NCBI GenBank assembly: GCA_963765205.1
Contig: CAVXVB010000007.1
Location: 288,001 to 352,000 of the forward strand
Length of the DNA: 64,000 nucleotides
Reading direction: 5' to 3'
Source: an uncultured Verrucomicrobiae bacterium
GTDB taxonomy: Bacteria > Verrucomicrobiota > Verrucomicrobiia > Opitutales > JABDGR01
Shown: positions 40,674 to 52,852 of the stretch, piece by piece
Position numbering within the stretch: the stretch's first letter is position 1
Layout of the letters: every line of letters begins with the position of its first letter
Notes under the pieces: model-generated
What the model saw: only the letters and a program-made list of their open reading frames with translations
Database searches by the model: none
Told to the model about the DNA's origin: nothing
Position numbers and translations under genes: made by a program

Positions 40674-41446
40674 ACAACTCGGGTCGGCGTCAAGAATCCG
40701 CGTTTGCCGCCGGCGAAAAACGCGAGGAATTTCTTCCCCGCATCTGTCTGCGCCAGCGGCGCGGCGGCGGCGGCGTTCGCGCGTGGCGCGCCGCCTTGGT
40801 AAACCGTTTTATAGAGCAGCTTCAATTCGGCGAGGGTGGCCGCGTCGCAGCCTCGGCGCTTTAGCCCGACGAGGTTGAAGCCGTGGAGTTCGTTGCGCTC
40901 GGTGGCAAGCGTGAACGGCGGAATGTCCAGCCCGATGCGCGCGTTGCCGCTGACCATGACGCCTTCGCCGATGCGGATGAATTGGTGGAACACCGTGCCG
41001 CCGCTGAGAAAACTTCCTTCGCCGACCTCGATGTGCCCGGCCAGCAGCGCGCCGTTGGCCAGGACGACCTTGGCGCCGACTTTGCAATCGTGCCCGACGT
41101 GGCTATTGCCCATGAGCAACGCGCCCGCGCCGACTTCGGTAAAGCCGCCCGGCTTCGTCGCGCGATGCACCGTCGCGCCTTCGCGCAACACCGCGCCGTC
41201 GCCGAGGCGCACGCCGCTGGGCGTGGCCGGGTCGAACTTAAAGTCCTGCGGGTCGCCGCCGACGACCGCGAAACTGTCCAACCGCACGCCGCGCCCGAGG
41301 ATCGAGCCGCGCCGCACGATGCTGTGCGCCGCGAGCACGCAACCCTCGCCGATTTCCACGCCGTCCTCGACGATGGCATACGGCCCGACGCTGACGTTGG
41401 CGCCGAGTTTCGCACTGGGATGAATAATGGCGGTCGGGTGGATCAC
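40637..41446 (-). CDS. lpxA: UDP-N-acetylglucosamine O-acyltransferase
   Basis: IHPTAII...A.LG..V.VGPY hexapeptide repeats, GGDPQD.KF, HVGHDC, HQF.RIG. Confidence 0.94.
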   Translation of the reverse strand: MIHPTAIIHPSAKLGANVSVGPYAIVEDGVEIGEGCVLAAHSIVRRGSILGRGVRLDSFAVVGGDPQDFKFDPATPSGVRLGDGAVLREGATVHRATKPGGFTEVGAGALLMGNSHVGHDCKVGAKVVLANGALLAGHIEVGEGSFLSGGTVFHQFIRIGEGVMVSGNARIGLDIPPFTLATERNELHGFNLVGLKRRGCDAATLAELKLLYKTVYQGGAPRANAAAAAPLAQTDAGKKFLAFFAGGKRGFLTPTRVVTTEGTENTEKM

Positions 41447-41503
41447 AAATTAAGAATTATGAATTAAGATTTAAGAAGTAAAACAAAACCGCGATTGGGC
41501 GGC

Positions 41504-42145
41504 TCACCGCCTGGGCCGGGGGTAGCGTTCGCCTTCAAACAATTCGCCCTGGGGGGATTTGACCATGTCGTAAATTTTCAGCAGACGGATCATTTGCAGC
41601 ACGTCCGATTTTTGGTAGCTGAGGTTGGTTTCGACCTGGTGCAGGAGGTTTTCGAGGATGGAGGGGAACGTCAGGATGGCGTCCACGCCGTGTTCCTGCA
41701 ACTGTTTGATGCTCTCGCTGCGCAGCGGGTCGCTGGTCGGCAGGCTTGGCAGCACCAGCACGCGCATGAGGCCCTCCTGGTTCGTTTCGCTGGCGACCGC
41801 CGGGTCCGCGTAGCCGCTGAAAAATTCGTTGGCCACGTCAATGACCTCCTTGCGTAAAAAATCGTGGATTTTCGAGCCGCTCTTGAGCATCGAAGGCGTC
41901 AGCCGCGACGTGTGCCAGCCCATGACCGCGACAATCGCGCGCCGGATGAGCGGCAGGTCATTGGCGAACAATTGAAAACCCGGCTTGTGCTCGGAGGGTT
42001 TCCAGCCCGGGTTTTGCACGAGCAGGTCAATCTCCTCCACGTCGCGTTTGCGGCGCGAGTGAACCTGGTATTTGTTGAGCTGCCGGACGAGGAAGCCGTT
42101 CAGCTCGAAATACTCGCGCACCAGATTTTCGTCGAAGCCGGCCAT
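41504..42145 (-). CDS. Conserved hypothetical protein (possible PD-(D/E)XK-like fold)
   Basis: ENLVREYFELNGF.V...EIDLL; GC3-rich codon usage; co-oriented upstream of lpxA. Confidence 0.7.
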   Translation of the reverse strand: MAGFDENLVREYFELNGFLVRQLNKYQVHSRRKRDVEEIDLLVQNPGWKPSEHKPGFQLFANDLPLIRRAIVAVMGWHTSRLTPSMLKSGSKIHDFLRKEVIDVANEFFSGYADPAVASETNQEGLMRVLVLPSLPTSDPLRSESIKQLQEHGVDAILTFPSILENLLHQVETNLSYQKSDVLQMIRLLKIYDMVKSPQGELFEGERYPRPRR

Positions 42146-42201
42146 GAATAAAGTGGGAAAGGGGAGGGGCGCAGTTTGGAGTTTTTTTTTGAAACTATCT
42201 T

Positions 42202-42282
42202 TTCACCGCTAAGACGCCAAGAACGCAAAGGATGGGTTTAGGGCAAAATGCAACTTTGCGTTCTTGGCGTCTTGGCGGCGAA
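42202..42282. repeat. Nonamer (CGCCAAGA) hairpin
   Basis: TTCACCGCTAAGACGCCAAGAACGCAAAG (42202-42230) versus 42254-42282, 27/29 complementary. Confidence 0.85.
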
Positions 42283-42298
42283 CTGTCTTGGGGGGCGT

Positions 42299-43390
42299 CT
42301 AGCCCGCGCCGGCTTTGCGCCAGAGTTCGCGGATGGTTTTCTCCGGCACGTCGTCCACCGTTTCGGCCCGGCCGATGGCGCGCAGCGCGATGAAGCGCAG
42401 TTTTCCGCCGCGCACTTTTTTGTCGAGCTTCATGGCTGCGAGCAATTTTTCCGCCGGCAGCTTCTTGCGCAGGCGCACCGGCAGGTGGCAGGCCCGCACG
42501 ACGCGCTCGATGCGTGCGGCGTCGTGGGCGGAGAGCCAGCCGATTTTTTGCGAGAGGCGCGCGGCGAGCACCAGGCCGAGGCCGACGGCCTCGCCGTGCA
42601 AGTATTCGCCGTAGCCGGCGGTGTTTTCGAGCGCGTGCGCGAACGTGTGGCCCAGGTTCAGCAACGCGCGCCCGCCGCTGGCGTGCAGCTCGTACTCATC
42701 GCCGCCGACGATGGCGGCCTTGATCGCGCAACATTCGCCAATCAGCGACGGCAGCCTCGGATGGTCCCAGCGCCACACCGGCGTGCGCTCGATTTGGTGG
42801 AAAAGATCCGCGTCGGCCAGGAGGCCGTATTTGATGACTTCGGCGAGGCCGGCGGCAAACTCGCGTGCGGGCAGCGTGCGCAGGAACGCGGTGTCAATGA
42901 TCACGGCCTGCGGCTGCCAGAACGCGCCGACGAGGTTTTTTCCCGCGCGCAGATTGACGCCCGTCTTGCCGCCCACCGAGCTGTCCACCATCGCGAGCAA
43001 CGTCGTCGGCGCCTGGTAAAGCGTGAGGCCGCGCAAATACGTTGCCGCGGCGTAGCCGGCCAGGTCGCCAATCACGCCGCCGCCAATGGCGAACACGGCG
43101 CTGCGCCGGTCCAGCCCCTGCGCCGCCATCCAGTCGTAAACGCGGCCCAGTTGGGCGAGCGATTTCGTGCGCTCGCCGCCGCGCAGCAGCAGCGGCGCCT
43201 CGCCCAGGGCCACCACGCGCTTGAGCATTTCCGGCTGCCGTCGCGCAATGACCTGGTCGGCAATCACTGCGACGCGCCGCCCATCGGCCCGCAGCCGCGT
43301 GGTCACCTCGCTGAAAATGTCCCACAAATCCGTGCCGATATAAATCGGATAGCTCCGCTCGGCGAGGTCCACTTGGAGGATTTCCGTCAT
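42299..43390 (-). CDS. aroB: 3-dehydroquinate synthase
   Basis: GE..KS, A.GGGVIGDLAG, PTTLLAMVDSSVGGKTG.N, KN.VGAF.QP, LNLGHTF.HA.E, HGEAV. Confidence 0.96.
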   Translation of the reverse strand: MTEILQVDLAERSYPIYIGTDLWDIFSEVTTRLRADGRRVAVIADQVIARRQPEMLKRVVALGEAPLLLRGGERTKSLAQLGRVYDWMAAQGLDRRSAVFAIGGGVIGDLAGYAAATYLRGLTLYQAPTTLLAMVDSSVGGKTGVNLRAGKNLVGAFWQPQAVIIDTAFLRTLPAREFAAGLAEVIKYGLLADADLFHQIERTPVWRWDHPRLPSLIGECCAIKAAIVGGDEYELHASGGRALLNLGHTFAHALENTAGYGEYLHGEAVGLGLVLAARLSQKIGWLSAHDAARIERVVRACHLPVRLRKKLPAEKLLAAMKLDKKVRGGKLRFIALRAIGRAETVDDVPEKTIRELWRKAGAG

Positions 43391-43453
43391 AATAGGGAGG
43401 GTGCTATCCTTATCGGTTGCGGGGCGGGTTGGAAAGCGCGAAAGGAGGGGTAT

Positions 43454-43564
43454 CTGATTGCTGAATTCTGAATGCTGATTTCTGAATGCAATCCCGCTGC
43501 AAGATATGGTTCCATCATTTTGCGCTGCTTGCAATTCAGCAATCAGAAATCAGCATTCAGAATT
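43454..43564. repeat. Heptamer (CTGAATT/CTGATTG) hairpin between divergent genes
   Basis: Arms 43454-43491 and 43529-43564. Confidence 0.8.
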
Positions 43565-43635
43565 GACCTCCTCCTCCGCCCTTGACCCCGCCGCCTCACC
43601 CTGCGATGCTCACCCCTCGCACCACCGCCGCCGCC

Positions 43636-44199
43636 ATGTTGCTGGTCATAGACAACTTTGATTCCTTCACTTACAACCTCGTCCAATATTACGGGCAACT
43701 CGGGGTGGAGCAGCGCGTCTTCCGCAATGACGCCATCACGGTGGCCCAGGCGCTGGCGCTCAATCCCGACCGCGTGCTGCTCTCGCCCGGGCCGTGTTCA
43801 CCCAGCGAGGCCGGCGTCACGCTTGACATCATCGGCGCCTTCGCGGGCAAAAAGCCCATCTTCGGCGTCTGCCTCGGCCACCAGGCCGTCGGGCAGTATT
43901 TCGGCGGCCAAGTCGTGCGCGCGGGCCGGCTGATGCATGGCAAAATCTCGCCCATCCGCCACCACGACACCGACGTGTTTCACGGGATGCCCAACCCCTT
44001 TCCCGCCACGCGCTACCACTCGCTGCTGGTCGAACGCGCCACACTGCCCGATTGCCTCGAAATCACCGCCGACACCGCCGAGGGCGAAATCATGGGCCTG
44101 CGCCACAAAACCCTCCCCGTCTACGGCGTGCAATTCCACCCCGAGTCCTACGCCACCGAAGGTGGCATCAAAATGCTCAAGAACTTTTTGGAACTCTAA
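43636..44199 (+). CDS. Anthranilate/aminodeoxychorismate synthase component II (TrpG/PabA)
   Basis: [35 protein letters not shown]. Confidence 0.95.
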   Translation: MLLVIDNFDSFTYNLVQYYGQLGVEQRVFRNDAITVAQALALNPDRVLLSPGPCSPSEAGVTLDIIGAFAGKKPIFGVCLGHQAVGQYFGGQVVRAGRLMHGKISPIRHHDTDVFHGMPNPFPATRYHSLLVERATLPDCLEITADTAEGEIMGLRHKTLPVYGVQFHPESYATEGGIKMLKNFLEL

Positions 44200-44215
44200 C
44201 GGGCTAACTTTTTTT

Positions 44216-44301
44216 GACAGAATTAACAAAATTAACAAAATTTAGAACAGCGTCCCAAAACTCTCCCCATCTTAAATTCTGTAAATTTTGTTAATTCTGT
44301 C
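44216..44301. repeat. Nonamer (ACAAAATTA) hairpin
   Basis: Arms 44216-44243 and 44274-44301 are 26/28 complementary. Confidence 0.85.
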
Positions 44302-44347
44302 TAAAATTCTTCCTTCTTTCTTCTTCCATCTTCCATTCTTAATTTCC

Positions 44348-44806
44348 ATGAACTGCCCGAAGTGCAACCACGAGGACTCAAAGGTGCTGGACACGCGCAC
44401 CGGGCGGGAGAACCGTTCCATCCGCCGCCGCCGCCAATGCCTCGCCTGCGGCCACCGATTCACCACGCTTGAGGAAACCGTGCGCGAGGGCTTTCTCGTC
44501 ATCAAAAAAGACGGCCGGCGCGAGGATTTCGACCACGCGAAAATCCTGAACAGCCTCCGCAAAGCCACCGAAAAGCGCCCCATCGAGGCCGAGCGCCTCG
44601 AACTGCTTGTCACTGAAGTCACCGACGCGCTCGAAAAGGAATACGATGTCGAAGTGCCCAGCCGCGCCATCGGCGAGCACCTCATGGCCCGCCTCAAGCA
44701 AATTGACCAGATCGCCTACGTCCGCTTCGCCTGCGTGTATAAGGACTTCAAGGACATCAGCGCCCTCGCCGAGGAAATCAAGGCCCTCAAGTCGGCGTTG
44801 GAGTGA
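44348..44806 (+). CDS. nrdR: Transcriptional repressor NrdR
   Basis: MNCPKC...KV.D.R...IRRRR.C..CG.RFTT.E, VIKKDG.RE, AYVRFA.VY. Confidence 0.96.
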   Translation: MNCPKCNHEDSKVLDTRTGRENRSIRRRRQCLACGHRFTTLEETVREGFLVIKKDGRREDFDHAKILNSLRKATEKRPIEAERLELLVTEVTDALEKEYDVEVPSRAIGEHLMARLKQIDQIAYVRFACVYKDFKDISALAEEIKALKSALE

Positions 44807-44844
44807 AATATTTCCTTTTAATTCGAACAGATTCATGTCAAAGC

Positions 44845-45297
44845 ATGGATAAGTTTTCATTCATGTCCGCCAACGCCGATAGTATTCCATCGCTGCGTAG
44901 CCCTAAACGCAATTCACCAACATTAAGAGCGGTTGGCGTGGTTTTGGTTGTCTTGCTTTGTTGCGGAAATTTTATTCTATGGTGGTGGGTCATGCCTAAC
45001 TGGGAGGATAAAGCCGCATCGGTCAGTGCGAGGCTCACAGATTTTCAAATGAAGATGCTCGATTGGTCGCAATATTTGCACTCAAATCTTGCGGATCTCA
45101 TCCCGATTTTGATCGGGTTGCTTGCTCTTCAGATTGTTGCATTTAGGTGGGAATCTCGCCGGATGCGGGTGGTTGCGTGGTCAGCCGTTGCTGTGTTGGC
45201 GGTCTTCGCAGTGATTCAACTTTACTATTTTGGCTGGCCTAATTACGAGACACACGAGGAATTTTTACGTAGATCAGTTGAGCTTTTGAACCATTAG
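44845..45297 (+). CDS. Lower-GC hypothetical membrane protein
   Basis: Three hydrophobic segments; start uncertain (44803, 44845 or 44863). Confidence 0.55.
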   Translation: MDKFSFMSANADSIPSLRSPKRNSPTLRAVGVVLVVLLCCGNFILWWWVMPNWEDKAASVSARLTDFQMKMLDWSQYLHSNLADLIPILIGLLALQIVAFRWESRRMRVVAWSAVAVLAVFAVIQLYYFGWPNYETHEEFLRRSVELLNH

Positions 45298-45317
45298 ATT
45301 TTCCACGGAAAGTTCCC

Positions 45318-45421
45318 GGTGAATAACTTTCCCTTCTCATCCGGGCCGTTTCCTGTCAATGCGTGGAGAACGATTTCTCCATGCCCGCCCCCGCCAAACC
45401 CTCGCCCCGACGCGCGCTGCA
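45318..45421 (+). repeat. Direct repeat, copy 1, of a promoter plus 5' gene segment (copy 2 at 46742-46848)
   Basis: GGTGAATAACTTTCCCTTCTCATCCGGG....TTCCTGTCAATGCGTGGAG.ACGATT.CTCCATGCCCGCC is shared. Confidence 0.85.
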
Positions 45422-45437
45422 ATTCCTTCACCACCCC

Positions 45438-46726
45438 ATGAAAACCTGCTTGGCCATTGGGCCACTATTGCTCTCGGCCTTGGTGGCCGCCACCGCCGGC
45501 GCGCAAGATGCGCCGCCCGCTCCCGCCCAAGCCGCCGCCTCTGCTGCTGCGTCCGCCCCGGTTGCCGCACCCGCCGCGCTGCCGCCGCTGCCCGCGCCGA
45601 TGAACGTCCCGCAACCCGGTCCCGATACCGGTGCGCCTTATGCCCCGCAGCCGATTTTGCCCGGCGGGGTGGTGGTCACCCTGTTTCCGCCCGGCTCGCC
45701 CTACCTGAACATGGCGCGCGTGCATGAGCCGGAGCAATACAGCCTGGACCGCGCCGTGCCGGGGCGGATCAGCAGCATTGTCAACATCCACAATCCCTCC
45801 ATCGAGGTGCATACGGTGGACTCCAACCTGAACACCGGCGCGGCCGTCATCCTCGCTGCCGGCGGCGGGCACAACACGCTCAACGTTGGCAGTGAAAGCG
45901 CCGATTTCGTCCCCTATTTTTTCAACTACGGCGTCACCACCATCATCCTGCGCAACCGGCTGCGCACCAGTGGCTATGATCCGAAGACCGACGAGGTGTA
46001 TGACGCGCTCCAAGCCATCAAGCTGGTGCGCGCCCACGCGGCGGACTGGCGCATTGACCCGGACAAAATTGGCATCATGGGCTTTTCGGCGGGGCCGAGC
46101 TGGCCACGGCGGCGGCCGTCGAGTTTGCCGACTTTGACCAGAAAAACGACACGCCGGACAATCCGCTGGCAAAAATTTCCTCGCGGCCGGATTTTGTGGG
46201 CGTGATTTATCCCGGCCCCTCGCCGTATAGCGCGGCCAACCCGCCGCCGATTCCCCGCAATGCGCCGCCCTCCTTCATCGCCTGCGCGGGCTCGGGCGAT
46301 GAGCAGCACGCAATGTGGGCGACCGACTATTTCAAGGCCATGCTCGCGGCCTGGGTGCCGAATGTGGAAATTCACATCTATGCGGAAGGCCACCATCCCG
46401 GCGACCAGGTCGGGCCGGACGAGCCGCCCTCGACCGGTGGCCTGACTGACCGCGGTTTCATCCCCTATGGCACCTGGCAAGACCGTTTCATTGACTGGTT
46501 CCAAAATCTAGGATTCCTGGGCAAGCGCGGGGTCGAGACCAAGGCGGCCAAGGACATCGCGGCCTATATGGCGCCACCCCAGCGTGGCGGGGCTGGCCGG
46601 GGGGCCGGTGGCCGCGGCGCCCGCCGCGGCGGCGCGGGAACGGCTGCGGCTTCTGGTGCAGCTTCGGGTGCCTCGTCGTCGCCCAATGCCCCGGTGTCGC
46701 AGGGTGGCGCTCCCGCCAACCCTTAG
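45438..46726 (+). CDS. Secreted alpha/beta hydrolase (esterase), frameshift near 46092
   Basis: Signal peptide; N.HNPSI, GAAVI.A.GGGH, IDP.KIGIMGFSAG; continues as RPDF.GVIYPG..PP.FI. Confidence 0.85.
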
Positions 46727-46804
46727 GTTGGAAAAAATTCTGGTGAATAACTTTCCCTTCTCATCCGGGTGCATTCCTGTCAATGCGTGGAGGACGATTC
46801 CTCC

Positions 46805-47278
46805 ATGCCCGCCACCGCCGAACCGCCCCCGCCCCTGCGCGCGCTGCACACGTTGCTGAGCGTCGCGGTCGGCGCCGACGCCGAACTGGCGCGGCGGGTC
46901 GAGGCCGCCGTGGACTTCACCCTCGAAAATGCCGCGCCCGGCGGGCCGGACACGGCCACGCTTGGCTTCGCCGCCGAGGCTTTGCTGGGTCTGCTGACCC
47001 ATCAGGGGTGCGCGCCCAAATTTGTGCTGCTCGATTTGCGCGAGCAAACCTGGGAGCCGCTCTGGATTCGCGAGCGCGTGCTCGCCGCGCTGCGCCCGCT
47101 GGCCGGCTACCGCGAAGGCGTCCTGCTCACCACCGGCCTGCGCCGTCTGGCCTGCCCGCCCGGCCGGCGGTGGTCGGCGTCGGCACGCGGGCGTTACCAA
47201 TCGGCCATCGCCTACATCCAGGAAGCCGCCGCCATGCACACCGCCCCGACCACCGTGCTGCATTTGCTGTTTTTGTAA
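46805..47278 (+). CDS. Hypothetical protein
   Basis: 157-aa ORF with GC3-rich codon usage; ATG 6 nt after GACGAT. Confidence 0.6.
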   Translation: MPATAEPPPPLRALHTLLSVAVGADAELARRVEAAVDFTLENAAPGGPDTATLGFAAEALLGLLTHQGCAPKFVLLDLREQTWEPLWIRERVLAALRPLAGYREGVLLTTGLRRLACPPGRRWSASARGRYQSAIAYIQEAAAMHTAPTTVLHLLFL

Positions 47279-47370
47279 ATGAGATCGTTGCAACAAGAGC
47301 GGCTCCTCATTTCGTCGGCGCGTCAAAATAGTCCCTGTTTCCGCAGTTATCGCATGGAGGAAAACAGCAT

Positions 47371-47769
47371 CTAACGTTGATGATCGCGTTCCGCCGGCTT
47401 CCAGCCATGCGGATAGCGGCGGGCGATTTCGGCATGGTGGTTGGCGGGCGAATCGCGAAAGCCCATGCGCACGGAGGGCGAGCGCAGCAGCACGTCCACG
47501 GAAATGCCCGCCGGTGCGCCGCCGGTCACCCAGACGCCACCGCGATTATACCAATAGGCGCGCAGGCCCGGATCATAATAGACCTCGTAGTCAGGATAAT
47601 AAACCAAACCGCCTTCGATGCCGACATCCGCCTGCACCACGACGGGGGCGGGGGCGATATAAGTTTGGCCGCCGACGGGTTCAACAATGCAACCGGCCAG
47701 GACGCCGAACAGCATGAGTGTGAGCACGCAGCAAATCTCGCGCGTGCGGAAAACATTTTTAGTGGTCAT
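47371..47769 (-). CDS. Putative lipoprotein
   Basis: Lipobox-like LAGC after a hydrophobic stretch; YYPDYEVYYDP...Y...GG.WV motif. Confidence 0.65.
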   Translation of the reverse strand: MTTKNVFRTREICCVLTLMLFGVLAGCIVEPVGGQTYIAPAPVVVQADVGIEGGLVYYPDYEVYYDPGLRAYWYNRGGVWVTGGAPAGISVDVLLRSPSVRMGFRDSPANHHAEIARRYPHGWKPAERDHQR

Positions 47770-47842
47770 GCCGGCCATCCTATCGGGAAAGCGCCATAGG
47801 TGCGATGGGGTGTAACCCTGCCGGGTTTTGTTTTATGGCGCG

Positions 47843-47934
47843 TTTCACCGCAAAGGCGCGAAGGGCGCAAAGAACTAATTCTGTAAATTTTGTTAAAAGG
47901 CCCTCTTTGTCCTCTTGGCATCTTGGCGGTGAAA
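47843..47934. repeat. Nonamer (CGC[AG]AAG) hairpin enclosing an arm of another repeat family
   Basis: Arms 47843-47873 and 47904-47934; loop has AATTCTGTAAATTTTGTTAA, identical to 44275-44294. Confidence 0.78.
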
Positions 47935-47941
47935 ATTGTCA

Positions 47942-49468
47942 TCACCCCAGCCCATCCAAATACTTCCGCAATCGCGCCGCGAGGCGGGGGCCGAGGCCGG
48001 GGACTTGCGCGAGTTCCTCGATGGTCGCGGCGCGGAGGCGGGTGAGGTTTTTGAATTTTTCGAGCAGCGCGGCTTTTTTGACAGGACCGAGGCCGGCGAA
48101 ATCATCGAGCAGGCTTTCGCGGATTTTTTTCAAGCGGAGTTTCGCATTATAAGTGTTGGCGAAGCGGTGGGCTTCGTCGCGCAGGCGCTGGAGGAGCTGG
48201 AGCGCGGGCGAATGGGGCGAAAGTTTCAAATCGGCGCGCCCGTCGGGAAAGACGATGGTTTCCTCTTTTTTGGCGAGGCCGATGAGCGGCGGCGGCGGCA
48301 AGTCGAGCGCGAGAAAGGCCTTGAGCGCGGCGTGAACCTGGCCGAGGCCGCCGTCAATCACGAGCAGGTCGGGAAAAGATTTTTGCTCGCGGTGCAGGCG
48401 GCCGTAGCGCCGGCCGACGACTTCCTCCACCGCTCGGTAGTCGTCGTTGCGAATCGGGCCGCGGATGCGGAAGAGGCGGTAGCCGCCTTTGTCGGGTGCG
48501 CCGTCGCGGAAGCGGGCCATCGCGGCGACGACGAATTCGCCGGAGATGTGGGAGATGTCGAAACATTCGAGCGTGCGCGGGGGCGCGGCGAGGGCGAGAC
48601 ATTCCGCGAGCTGGCGCGCGCCGGCCGCGGCGGTGGGATTTTTCACCGGGTTGCCGCGCAGGAAGCGGCGGTCGCGCGTGGTGTTGGCGGTGGTCCGTTC
48701 GACGGCCTGGAGCAGGTCGCGCAATTCGGCGGCGCGCTCGAACTGGCGTTTTTCGGCGGCGGCGAGCATCTGCGCGCGCAGGCCGGCCAGCCACGCGCGC
48801 GCTTTGCCTTCAAGGAAATCGCGCGCGGCGGCGACGCGCGCGGCGTAGTCGGCGGGGGTGACTTCGTTGGGGTGGCCGTAGATTTCGGCGCGGGCGTCGG
48901 CATAAAGGCGGAAGCGATTTCCTTCCGGCAGCGCCGTGGGCGCGGGCGCGTCGCTAAGGAGGATGCCGAACTGGCGGCGCATCTCGGCGAGGGTGCGCCG
49001 CAGGAAGCCGCCGTTGGCGAAGGGGCCGAAGTAGCGCGCGCCGTCGTCGCGGCGCAGGCGGCTGAGGCGGAAGCGGGGAAAGGGTTCGCGTTCATCCAGG
49101 CGGACAAGGAGAAACCGTTTGTCGTCCACGAAGTCGGTGTTGTATTTGGGCCGCCACTCTTTGATGAGCTTGCCCTCGAGCAGCAGCGCCTCGGTTTCGG
49201 AGCGGACCTCAATGGTATCGAGGTCGCGCACGAGGGAAATCAGAGAAGCGATTTTGGGCTGGTCGAAATGCGTGCGGCGGCCGCGTTGAAAATAAGAGGA
49301 GACCCGTTTCTTTAAATCCTTAGCTTTGCCGACGTAGAGGATGGCGCCAAAGCGGTCTTTCATTAGGTAGACGCCCGGGCGATGGGGCAGGTGGCGCAGC
49401 TTTTCCATCAGTCGCGACGCGGAATCAGCGGCAGGGACGGAGACGGGGGGCTTTTTGACATCGGCCAT
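47942..49468 (-). CDS. uvrC: Excinuclease ABC subunit C
   Basis: LP..PGVYLM, YVGKAK.L..RV.SYF GIY-YIG; FE.AA..RD UVR; ECFDISH, IDGG.GQ, RDEAHRFA; HhH. Confidence 0.95.
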   Translation of the reverse strand: MADVKKPPVSVPAADSASRLMEKLRHLPHRPGVYLMKDRFGAILYVGKAKDLKKRVSSYFQRGRRTHFDQPKIASLISLVRDLDTIEVRSETEALLLEGKLIKEWRPKYNTDFVDDKRFLLVRLDEREPFPRFRLSRLRRDDGARYFGPFANGGFLRRTLAEMRRQFGILLSDAPAPTALPEGNRFRLYADARAEIYGHPNEVTPADYAARVAAARDFLEGKARAWLAGLRAQMLAAAEKRQFERAAELRDLLQAVERTTANTTRDRRFLRGNPVKNPTAAAGARQLAECLALAAPPRTLECFDISHISGEFVVAAMARFRDGAPDKGGYRLFRIRGPIRNDDYRAVEEVVGRRYGRLHREQKSFPDLLVIDGGLGQVHAALKAFLALDLPPPPLIGLAKKEETIVFPDGRADLKLSPHSPALQLLQRLRDEAHRFANTYNAKLRLKKIRESLLDDFAGLGPVKKAALLEKFKNLTRLRAATIEELAQVPGLGPRLAARLRKYLDGLG

Positions 49469-49799
49469 GGGGTGAATTCATTCAAAATTATAGGGTGACG
49501 AGGCCATCTTTTTTCCGGGAAATAAGGGTTATTCCTTAGTCCAATGTAATGCAAATGCTATAAATAGCCCCCATTGGGCGGGATATAAATGTGTAACCAG
49601 CTAAAAAACAAAATGTTACAAACTTTTTATCATGTAAAAAAAGATTGAAATTAAAAAGCCATAAAGAAGGCGATAGTAAACGGACGGTGGCAACTAGGGG
49701 ATTTTTATTATCATGTTAAGGTGGCGGAAAACCACCGATGTGGTAGACTTCAAACGCGCGTTTGGCAAGGGACTTTTCGTTGTCAATGCCGCAATCGCC

Positions 49800-52442
<2,643 letters not shown>

Positions 52443-52456
52443 ACCCCATTCTCACC

Positions 52457-52852
52457 ATGCACGGAAAAACCATCCTGGTCGTCGAGGACAACCCGCAAAA
52501 CCGCGAGTTGGTCTCCGATTTGCTGACGCTTTCCGGCGTGCGGGTCCTGACGGCTGAGGACGGCGAGACCGCGCTCGACCTCCTGGCGCGGGAACTGGTG
52601 GATTTGGTGCTGATGGACGTGAGCCTGCCGCGGATGGATGGGCTGGAAGCCGCGCGCCGCCTCAAAGGTACGCCTGCCACCGCCCATTTGCCCGTCATCG
52701 CGTTGACGGCCCACGCGATGAAGGGTGACCGCGAGCGCATTCTCTCCGCCGGCTGCGACGGCTACCTGACCAAGCCGATTGATACGCGGGGCTTTGTCGC
52801 CGCAGTGGAGCGGTTTTTGCCCGCGACGCCCTCTACTCCGGCCTCGGCATGA
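52457..52852 (+). CDS. Single-domain response regulator (DivK-like)
   Basis: ILVVEDN, VLMDVSLP.MDG, IALTAHAMKGD, GCDGYLTKPID. Confidence 0.92.
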   Translation: MHGKTILVVEDNPQNRELVSDLLTLSGVRVLTAEDGETALDLLARELVDLVLMDVSLPRMDGLEAARRLKGTPATAHLPVIALTAHAMKGDRERILSAGCDGYLTKPIDTRGFVAAVERFLPATPSTPASA

